From: a virus
Lineage: Duplodnaviria; Heunggongvirae; Uroviricota; Caudoviricetes
Strand: one strand, 5' to 3'
DNA: 10,250 nucleotides
IMG/VR virus record: IMGVR_UViG_3300020200_002792
The stretch's first letter is position 1. Each line of letters opens with the position of its first letter. This document shows, piece after piece, positions 1-5,950 of this stretch. Under the pieces are notes generated by a model. That model made no database searches, was not told the origin of the DNA, and worked only from the letters and a program-made list of their open reading frames with translations. The translations under genes and the position numbers were made by a program.

Positions 1-195
1 TAAAGCGTCTTCAATATACATCGCATGATAACCAAGTGTGATGTATTTGAGAACCAAAATTTAAGGCTCTTATACCCCAGGAAGTGGGGGAATTTAAGCC
101 TGTGGACATGGTATAAGACTTACCTCCCAAGTGGAACACAAGCGACTGTGGATGAAGCAGGAAGCCCCGACCCTTTAGGGTCGTGGGTACTTCAC
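1..195 (+). mobile_element. Right end of an IS200/IS605-family (TnpB/IS1341-like) element with a degenerate tnpB 3' tail; left part lies outside the window
   Basis: Subterminal hairpin CCC-CGACCC[TTTA]GGGTCG-T-GGG (165-187; 6-bp stem, bulged T184, 3 more C-G pairs) followed by TACTTCAC ending at 195, the typical TCAC right-end tetramer. Conceptual translations give TnpB-tail-like peptides (frame 3 IPQEVGEFKPVD; frame 1 NIHR...EAGSPDPLGSWVLH), but these are interrupted by stops or frame changes. Confidence 0.8.
73..195 (+). ncRNA. Putative TnpB omegaRNA (reRNA) scaffold; predicted guide would be about 196-215 (TGAAACTTAAGTGGAAGCAC)
   Basis: 5' hairpin CCCCA-GGAAG-TGGGG (75-89), then GAATTTAAGCCTGTGGA and later TGAAGCAGGAAGCCCC (CCTG 99-102 can pair with CAGG 158-161), then the right-end hairpin. 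This is the motif order I recognise from TnpB-associated RNAs. Boundaries are approximate. Confidence 0.65.
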
Positions 196-233
196 TGAAA
201 CTTAAGTGGAAGCACATTTGGGTTCAAGGCATT

Positions 234-596
234 ATGGAAAAACAAGGAAAAGATACATACGTTAAAGTTCTAAATTTTGGGGAAGATGTATTTCGTGGCA
301 ATGACCAATGGAAAGCTTGGTATAAAAAAGTTGGGCCTGGTAGATACAGAGTAACAGTGGAAGGACAAGTTACTCTTGGAACAGCTGGGTACAAGGTTAA
401 TCTAATCAATGGATTTAGAACAACAAATGATGGTGTTGTTTATGACCTTGAAACAATTGCACCTATTAATGCATCAGCACAAGTCTTAACTACCTATACT
501 GTTAGATTCAGCAGAGTAGTTACTTGGAGAAACCTGAGAAATGTGTATGTGAGGTATCCTAGAGTTGGTGTAATAAGAATAAATGTGATTAATTAA
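234..596 (+). CDS. Hypothetical beta-rich protein (120 aa from ATG 234; frame is open back to 156 across the IS end)
   Basis: Coding-like composition. WKAWY...VTVEGQVTLGTAGYKVNL resembles a recurring W-x-A-W...V-x-G-x-V...GY-x-V-x-L hypothetical family (recollection only). The track start GTG 183 lies inside the IS hairpin and is unlikely to be the true start. Confidence 0.75.
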   Translation: MEKQGKDTYVKVLNFGEDVFRGNDQWKAWYKKVGPGRYRVTVEGQVTLGTAGYKVNLINGFRTTNDGVVYDLETIAPINASAQVLTTYTVRFSRVVTWRNLRNVYVRYPRVGVIRINVIN

Positions 597-754
597 TCTT
601 TGTAGTCTTTTCCGTTTAACCCAGATGATTTCCCTTTACCAAAATCGAAATCATCTGGGTTTTTATCTACATCTTTTAGATATTGGCGTCTTTTCTTATT
701 GCCCTTTTTCTTTACGGCTTTTTTCAGTTGCCGATAGTATCTTTTTTGGTCCAT
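593..754 (-). CDS. Small basic protein, 53 aa (MDQKRYYRQLKKAVKKKGNKKRRQYLKDVDKNPDDFDFGKGKSSGLNGKDYKD), not in the ORF track
   Basis: ATG at 754 to TAA at 593-595 with no internal stop. Its stop interlocks with the + gene stop (TTAA 593-596), and it fills the gap downstream of thyX on the same strand. Confidence 0.7.
   Translation of the reverse strand: MDQKRYYRQLKKAVKKKGNKKRRQYLKDVDKNPDDFDFGKGKSSGLNGKDYKD
618..664 (+). terminator. Intrinsic-terminator-like hairpin: perfect 15-bp inverted repeat
   Basis: AACCCAGATGATTTC (618-632) and GAAATCATCTGGGTT (647-661) with a 14-nt loop, running into a T tract (660-664), 21 nt after the stop of the + gene. Confidence 0.65.
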
Positions 755-814
755 AATTTTTTATCTATAACATCTAACATCCATTATAATTATTTATTAT
801 TTTATAAATTCCTA

Positions 815-1690
815 TCATAGTTTATCCCTTGGCATTATTACAACTTCAGTACCATCCCAACATTGGTCATATTTTATTCCATTAAATAAAGCGGGCATTT
901 CTTTTTCCATTATCTTAGCAATTTGGACATAAATTTCTCTAATAACAGCTTCCGCATGTTCATTTGCACGTAAAACAATGCAGTTCCATATAGCTCTTGC
1001 ATTGGCACTCATTACCATAATTGCTTCAGTGGCTATAGGAAGAATATCTCTAGCTGCTCCTCTTGCTGCTTTTCTTAACATCCTGTTTCTTTCTTTTTCA
1101 TCATAATTACTTAGAATTACTTTGAATTTTTCATTTGCTTTTAAATCTTCTTCTATTAAATGTAATAATTCAACATAAGATTGTTGACTTTGTTTGATTT
1201 TCTCTGCAAATTTGTCTGCCGTTTCATTACCAAGCTGACCTAAAGTTGGAATGCAAAATCCAGGTTCCCATGTGCCTTCTTCCTCTTCTCTTTCAAAATC
1301 ACAATAACGTGTACTTATTTGCGAATAAGCCCATCCTGTTCTATGCCTAACTTGTTCATGACTAAAACCTCTTCCTGCTCCAACAATTAAAAAACTCCAA
1401 CATGGATGTTCTACTACTGATCCATGTGCCGGTCCTGGTTTCCAAGAACCATCTGTGTTTCTTCCTAATAAATTCTGAATATAACGATAATTTGTTTTAC
1501 TCCCAGCTTTTTTGCCAAATGACATATAACAACATCTTCCGGCTAACTCCACTAAACGCTCACATCCAGCCACATCTGTTGTCGGAGTAGGCCAATCAAG
1601 TTTTTGGTCCTTCAAAAATTCCGCAAAACCTTCTTCTGCAATTTGCGGCCTTGCTACAAGATAAACTTTCGGAGTTTTTAATATTCTCAT
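815..1690 (-). CDS. thyX: FAD-dependent thymidylate synthase ThyX
   Basis: AGRCCYMSF, HGSVVEH, RGFSHEQVRHRTGWAYSQISTRY (ThyX RHR...SxR signature), AARDILPIAT, CIVLRANEHAEAVIRE. SD-like GAGGT 4 nt upstream of the ATG. Confidence 0.96.
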   Translation of the reverse strand: MRILKTPKVYLVARPQIAEEGFAEFLKDQKLDWPTPTTDVAGCERLVELAGRCCYMSFGKKAGSKTNYRYIQNLLGRNTDGSWKPGPAHGSVVEHPCWSFLIVGAGRGFSHEQVRHRTGWAYSQISTRYCDFEREEEEGTWEPGFCIPTLGQLGNETADKFAEKIKQSQQSYVELLHLIEEDLKANEKFKVILSNYDEKERNRMLRKAARGAARDILPIATEAIMVMSANARAIWNCIVLRANEHAEAVIREIYVQIAKIMEKEMPALFNGIKYDQCWDGTEVVIMPRDKL

Positions 1691-1697
1691 AATTACC

Positions 1698-2198
1698 TCA
1701 ATTAATGATTTCTAAAGGCACATCTTCATAAAGACTTAGTTTTATATTATTCCATTCAGTATAACGAATCCAAATTTGGTTATCATTTAATATATCTGAT
1801 CCATGTTTCATTATCAAAGAGTTAGGCCAATGTACATCTTTGTTTAAAATTCCAAATGCTTTATCGATTCCCCATGCTTGATGTGCCAACAAAAAAGCAC
1901 ATGCCGAACTTCTTGATATTCCAGCATGACAAGCTACAACTACATTTTCTTTATCTTTACCCCAATTTAATGCTTCTTCAATTTGTTCTTTTTTTGGTGC
2001 TAGATAACTTCCTTTGGAACCTATAACATCATCAAAAATGAGTTGAAGATGTGATTTGCATAATTCGCTTACGCCTTTTGGGAAATCATAATTAACATTT
2101 GTAATGACTAATGCATCAAATTCATTTGGATTTTCTTTTAGAAATTGTTGTAACGAACCGACTCCATGCCCTTTAATCTGTATGTTCTTCATAATCAT
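1698..2198 (-). CDS. Protein-tyrosine/dual-specificity phosphatase-like protein (CX5R)
   Basis: P-loop VVACHAGISRSSA, upstream LxLxFDD acid loop and downstream WPNSL. The start may be ATG 2198 or 2192. Confidence 0.88.
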   Translation of the reverse strand: MIMKNIQIKGHGVGSLQQFLKENPNEFDALVITNVNYDFPKGVSELCKSHLQLIFDDVIGSKGSYLAPKKEQIEEALNWGKDKENVVVACHAGISRSSACAFLLAHQAWGIDKAFGILNKDVHWPNSLIMKHGSDILNDNQIWIRYTEWNNIKLSLYEDVPLEIIN

Positions 2199-2363
2199 CG
2201 TTTATACCACATTCCTTCACTTGATCCCATAGCAGAAAATATCTTGAGTCTGAGGAGTCAACATCCAACAAAGTCCTTCTTCACCCTTATGGGACCAATG
2301 AGGGCACACAACATCCCCAGAATAACAATAAGGACCAAGAGGTATTTCAGGATGTTCATTCAT
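2173..2363 (-). pseudogene. Small Cys-rich phage-type gene split by a -1 frame discontinuity (pseudogene, sequence error or recoding)
   Basis: Frame A 2363-2217 reads MNEHPEIPLGPYCYSGDVVCPHWSHKGEEGLCWMLTPQTQDIFCYGIK*. Frame B (open 2280-2173) reads ...DSSDSRYFLLWDQVKECGINDDYEEHTD*. IPxGxYCY...CPxW...C and LLWDQxKECGIN are the two halves of one small phage protein family as I recall it. It overlaps both neighbours in operon fashion. Confidence 0.6.
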
Positions 2364-2628
2364 TTTTGGGAACCATATCGTGCGTTATACCTTTCCAACC
2401 ACATTTACATCCCACCCTGTTTTCGTCTTTATACTTTTCTGGATGTGCTATATTTAAAACGTAACCTACATATGTGCTAGAAAGTTTATCATTACCACAT
2501 TTAGGACAAGCAGCATGATCAACATCATATTGGTCTTGTACTTTATGAGCGTATTTCCACTGCTCTATATACGGTTCTGGATCAAACCCAGCATCTTCGT
2601 ACATTTTTCTTAATTCTTCTTCAGTCAT
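2356..2628 (-). CDS. Small zinc-ribbon-like hypothetical protein (90 aa)
   Basis: CPKCG ... GCKCGW cysteine pairs. First gene after a consensus promoter. Confidence 0.75.
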   Translation of the reverse strand: MTEEELRKMYEDAGFDPEPYIEQWKYAHKVQDQYDVDHAACPKCGNDKLSSTYVGYVLNIAHPEKYKDENRVGCKCGWKGITHDMVPKNE

Positions 2629-2634
2629 TATGGA

Positions 2635-2662
2635 ATTATACCAATTTCCAATAAATTGTCAA
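2635..2662 (-). promoter_or_regulatory. Consensus sigma70-type promoter with extended -10, leaderless to ATG 2628
   Basis: The minus strand reads TTGACA (2662-2657), 16 nt, then TATAAT (2640-2635) preceded by TGG. The ATG is 6 nt downstream and no SD is present. Confidence 0.8.
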
Positions 2663-2668
2663 TAAATA
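2662..2668 (+). promoter_or_regulatory. ATAAATA box (T4-late-promoter-like) 4 nt before ATG 2673
   Basis: ATAAATA-AATT-ATG, with the same spacing recurring at 4519 and 6488. Confidence 0.55.
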
Positions 2669-2672
2669 AATT

Positions 2673-3272
2673 ATGTCATTTCTACTTTCATTTTTGTTGC
2701 TATTTTCAAGTGTTTCTTTAACTGAATATGGTTATGGCAATGTCAAATCGGTACTTATATCTCACCAAAAAATGGGGGAAGTCCAAGTTTCATTTTTGGA
2801 TAAGAATGGGTGGTGCAGAGGAAATCCGAAAGAACCTTGGGAAAAATTCATTCACCCTGGCTGGATGCATGAAAATCTTTACGATATTGAAAATGTAGAT
2901 GAAATGATTAAAATTTTAAAAACACTACCAGAAAACTCCATTGATATTATTTATTATGGTTCACATGGCAAAGATGGAAAAGCAAAAATAGGAGAGCAAG
3001 ATGTCATTGTCAACGAAGAAGCAAAACAACTTTTAAAATCAAAATTGAAAAAAAATGGTTGGTTTATATTAACTGGATGCAATTTGGGTAAGTTTGATAA
3101 AATAATGGTTGATTTATCACTCGAAATAGATCATCCAGTTGTTGCCGCTACTGGAAATACAGATAATGATTTGGATGTTTCTTTATGGGTGGCTGGTGTA
3201 TGGAAGATATTTTTCCCAAGTATGCAACAAAGAATTAATTATTGTTCTAATGTTATTTTTACATTATCATAA
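2673..3272 (+). CDS. Putative exported caspase-fold (clan CD; DUF4347-like) His/Cys protein
   Basis: Hydrophobic N-terminus MSFLLSFLLLFSSVSL. IDIIYYGSHGKDGKAKIG and FILTGCNLGK motifs, followed by L...PVVAATG, match the DUF4347/CHAT-like pattern. Confidence 0.6.
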   Translation: MSFLLSFLLLFSSVSLTEYGYGNVKSVLISHQKMGEVQVSFLDKNGWCRGNPKEPWEKFIHPGWMHENLYDIENVDEMIKILKTLPENSIDIIYYGSHGKDGKAKIGEQDVIVNEEAKQLLKSKLKKNGWFILTGCNLGKFDKIMVDLSLEIDHPVVAATGNTDNDLDVSLWVAGVWKIFFPSMQQRINYCSNVIFTLS

Positions 3273-3643
3273 CTAATCGAAGATACATATTTTTCTTCTT
3301 GATTTTCATATTCTGCACTGTATCCTCCCCATACATTATCTTCGACATTTCTTGTTTTCACATCATAAGAAGCTTTATCTTTTAGCTTTAAATAGAAACT
3401 ATCAATTTCATTTAATGCTTCGGTCCATTCTTGGGCTTGATTTTCAGGTATAGGAGGAGCAATAATACGTTGAGCTTTATTGGTTATTGTATCGTTTACA
3501 GCCTCATAGCTAAAATAGAAATTTTTAAGTTTACATTTTGGACTATCAAATTCTTCTAATTCGAAAAGTCTAAGCACATTCTTTGATTCTTTTTCATCTA
3601 ACACTCTTTCAAAGATATCACCGCCACCAATTTTAATTCTCAT
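3239..3643 (-). CDS. Hypothetical acidic protein (134 aa)
   Basis: Uninterrupted ORF with protein-like composition and no recognisable motif. It overlaps the convergent gene by 34 nt. Confidence 0.65.
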   Translation of the reverse strand: MRIKIGGGDIFERVLDEKESKNVLRLFELEEFDSPKCKLKNFYFSYEAVNDTITNKAQRIIAPPIPENQAQEWTEALNEIDSFYLKLKDKASYDVKTRNVEDNVWGGYSAEYENQEEKYVSSISYDNVKITLEQ

Positions 3644-3658
3644 AATATATAATATAGC
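3644..3658. promoter_or_regulatory. 15-nt bidirectional -10-like spacer between divergent start codons
   Basis: + strand TATAAT (3648-3653)-N5-ATG 3659. The - strand has TATTAT-N5-ATG 3643. There is no room for an SD. Confidence 0.5.
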
Positions 3659-4018
3659 ATGAATTACATAGGAATATTAGGTTTAAAACCAAATTTTAGT
3701 GAAGAAGAACTTAAGGCAGCTTACAGAAAACTAGTCTTCGTAAATCATCCAGATCGTAATCCAGGAGATGCCGAAGCTGCTACACGATTTAAAAATATAC
3801 AAGAAGCTTATGATGTCTTATCTAAAAAGATAGTTTATAGGCCAAAACCACAAAAAGCATCATCACAGAAGAAAACTCCTCCAAAAGACAAATTTGATAT
3901 TTACCATATGCCGGATAGAGATATTGATTTATGGGGCAAGCCTAAACAAAAAAAAGAAACATTCGTTGATACATTTGCTGATTCTTATTTATCTGATGAT
4001 GCTGTTGATTTAAGATAA
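3659..4018 (+). CDS. J-domain (DnaJ-like, class C) co-chaperone protein
   Basis: NYIGILGL...[39 protein letters not shown] is a complete J-domain with HPD. There is no G/F region or zinc finger; a K/P/Q-rich linker and acidic tail follow. Confidence 0.92.
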   Translation: MNYIGILGLKPNFSEEELKAAYRKLVFVNHPDRNPGDAEAATRFKNIQEAYDVLSKKIVYRPKPQKASSQKKTPPKDKFDIYHMPDRDIDLWGKPKQKKETFVDTFADSYLSDDAVDLR

Positions 4019-4519
4019 ACTACATCTAAAGACAATTGAATATCTTTCTTCCTTAACTGGATCAATAGAGTGTTCCCATAATTCCCTTATCTCACCTTTT
4101 ATTTGAATTAATGACCTTCTTGGCAATTCAATACTAAATTCTTCTTCATCCTTCCTGAATTTCATTGTTGAATCACTATTAAGGCTGATAACCGTAATGA
4201 CTTTACCGCTTCCAGGGCTATCTATGTGCGGTAAAATAGCCTGACCTATATAATATTGATTAATTGTTATAGAATCTGGTTTTTCTTCAACTAACTTGTT
4301 TTCTATTAATTTGTCAGAAAGCATATCTAGAAATTTGGGTATTTTTGACGCCGCCATATTATTTCTATATGGAATGGTCGAACCATATCTTTGTATATTA
4401 TTCCTTGTCTTACAGTTCTCTATTTGTGGATATTTATGAATACGGGCAATAGTATAAGCTTCTTCAGCCTCTGTAATGAATTCTGGTATTAGTATTATTC
4501 CAATTGCCTCATAATCCAT
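4010..4519 (-). CDS. AlkB-family 2OG-Fe(II) dioxygenase
   Basis: [16 protein letters not shown] (HxD), [27 protein letters not shown] (distal His) and RYSIVFR (2OG-binding Arg). Confidence 0.9.
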   Translation of the reverse strand: MDYEAIGIILIPEFITEAEEAYTIARIHKYPQIENCKTRNNIQRYGSTIPYRNNMAASKIPKFLDMLSDKLIENKLVEEKPDSITINQYYIGQAILPHIDSPGSGKVITVISLNSDSTMKFRKDEEEFSIELPRRSLIQIKGEIRELWEHSIDPVKEERYSIVFRCSLS

Positions 4520-4523
4520 TTCT

Positions 4524-4530
4524 TATTTAT
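4524..4530 (-). promoter_or_regulatory. ATAAATA box 4 nt before ATG 4519
   Basis: Minus strand ATAAATA-AGAA-ATG. Confidence 0.55.
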
Positions 4531-4557
4531 TAATGTAAATACCTTTGAGGCAATAAA

Positions 4558-5325
4558 ATGATAAGAAATTACGCCCAATTTGCCCAAAATATAACCGATA
4601 TATGCCTAAAACGTCAATTTTTGGTTAAAAAGTTGAAAAGCAGGCTGCAACTCATTACTATAAACCCTCATAAACGCTCTACGATTGCGATTATAGGGGG
4701 TTTGCATGGAAATGAGGTAGCTGGCCCATTAGGTGTCCTAGAGTGGCTTAAAACGCCGTATATCGCACGTAAACATAGGTTGCTGATTATACCATGTGCC
4801 AATCCATATGGTTTTATAAATAATACCCGCCGTAATGGACAAAATAAGGACCAAAATAGACGTTGGTGCAAGGGTGAAATAAGGGTTGGTGAGGTAAAAG
4901 CTATAGAAAATGTAATTAATAATGAAAAAATTGATTTTTTATATACCGTCCATGAAGATCATACCGCCTCAAAGTTCTATCTTTACCATTCGGACCAAAA
5001 TATAGCCATTTATGAAGAAATTAAGAAGATAGCTGAGTCTTATTTCCCTATAGACCTGTCAAAGCGTATAAGGGGTGACTTGGCTAAAGATGGCATAATT
5101 GTTCATGATGAGGTATTTGAAGCCAGGAACAAGATAGATTGTAGTATAGAGAACTATGTCTATAAGACTTTTGGAGTTAATTATCTTACTACAGAGACGC
5201 CAGGTATGATTGATTTAGAGGATAGAATTGCTTGTACTGTGAAAATTATTGATTTTCTTGTGAAAACTTATCGAGTAAACCCAGATCAGTCCCTGGATCA
5301 ATCGCTTTCATTAGACCAGCAATAA
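4558..5325 (+). CDS. M14-family zinc carboxypeptidase (succinylglutamate desuccinylase/aspartoacylase-like)
   Basis: IIGGLHGNEVAGP (HxxE), IIPCANPYG, DQNRRW, TVHED (third Zn ligand) and TTETP (catalytic Glu). GAGG SD upstream. Confidence 0.88.
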   Translation: MIRNYAQFAQNITDICLKRQFLVKKLKSRLQLITINPHKRSTIAIIGGLHGNEVAGPLGVLEWLKTPYIARKHRLLIIPCANPYGFINNTRRNGQNKDQNRRWCKGEIRVGEVKAIENVINNEKIDFLYTVHEDHTASKFYLYHSDQNIAIYEEIKKIAESYFPIDLSKRIRGDLAKDGIIVHDEVFEARNKIDCSIENYVYKTFGVNYLTTETPGMIDLEDRIACTVKIIDFLVKTYRVNPDQSLDQSLSLDQQ

Positions 5326-5950
5326 TTTTAGACTGCTCTCCCTCTTTTCTCATAAGCCCTACTAACCCCCAAGCAATCCATGCTCCAGCAGCAAATGCAG
5401 TCCCTAAGGCTGTTAAATGAAATAAAATCAATACTTTGCCCAATAATCCTGTCATTAATGCTGTAGCCCCTAAATACTGGACTATTTCTAAGACAGCCAT
5501 ACAAAGGGAAATTACACCTACTCTTGCAGATTTAGTCTTATAGGTATTCATAATTACTTTCCAAGCATTGCCGAAAGTAACTTCAGGAAGACGTTTTAAA
5601 ATTGGACTTAGATGAGTTATTTCCCAAATCCACTTAATAAAAGAACCTATATTAGAACGCCAGAACTCTTCAGCCAAAGCAGCCTCATTTCCTCCTTGTT
5701 TAGCCAAATCTATTAATTCTTTGCACTTTTCTATTATTTTGTTTTTGTCTAAAGATGGATTCTCTGATAGTTTTTTTAATGCCCCTAAAAAGCTTTTGTT
5801 TAATATAGTTGCTTTTATTTCCGGGTCACGCATGGCACCATCTAATGCAGCTGGTACTTGCATCATAATCTTATTTAATTGAGGTAACTGTTGTATGATC
5901 GCTACTGCAAATTTATAACTAGCTGGAGCAACTGTCTTATAAACTTTCAT
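5246..5950 (-). CDS. Hypothetical membrane protein (234 aa; 2-3 predicted TM segments in the C-terminal half)
   Basis: Hydrophobic stretches VGVISLCMAVLEIVQYLGATALMTGLLGKVLILFHLTALGTAFAAGAWIAWGLVGLM. Overlaps the upstream gene by 14 nt and the convergent M14 gene by 80 nt. Confidence 0.8.
   Translation of the reverse strand: MKVYKTVAPASYKFAVAIIQQLPQLNKIMMQVPAALDGAMRDPEIKATILNKSFLGALKKLSENPSLDKNKIIEKCKELIDLAKQGGNEAALAEEFWRSNIGSFIKWIWEITHLSPILKRLPEVTFGNAWKVIMNTYKTKSARVGVISLCMAVLEIVQYLGATALMTGLLGKVLILFHLTALGTAFAAGAWIAWGLVGLMRKEGEQSKIIAGLMKAIDPGTDLGLLDKFSQENQ

Noticed and set aside
25-198. 57-aa + ORF MITKCDVF...GSWVLH
   Set aside because: Coincides with the omegaRNA/right-end sequence and is better explained as a tnpB tail remnant than as a gene.
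160-200. IStron (group I intron-IS) 3' splice site
   Set aside because: The end is TCAC rather than a terminal-G CAG-type end, and no group I intron core is visible in the window.
11-409. Track ORFs 11-217(-) and 224-409(-)
   Set aside because: Antisense shadows of the IS end and of the 234-596 gene, with no motifs or start signals.
2258-2359. 33-aa hydrophobic minus ORF MNILKYLLVLIVILGMLCALIGPIRVKKDFVGC with an ATGA overlap
   Set aside because: Alternative frame of the Cys-rich gene, whose motif-bearing frames are more convincing. It cannot be strictly excluded.
1402-2480. Track ORFs 1402-1590(+) and 2166-2480(+)
   Set aside because: Antisense to thyX and to the well-supported minus-strand operon.
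5280-5325. DQSL-like repeats at the M14 C-terminus
   Set aside because: Likely a by-product of the 80-nt overlap with the convergent gene, not a true repeat element.
5629-5637. 9-nt match (TCCACTTAA) to the reverse complement of the predicted guide
   Set aside because: Too short, does not include the guide 5' seed, and is expected by chance in AT-rich DNA.
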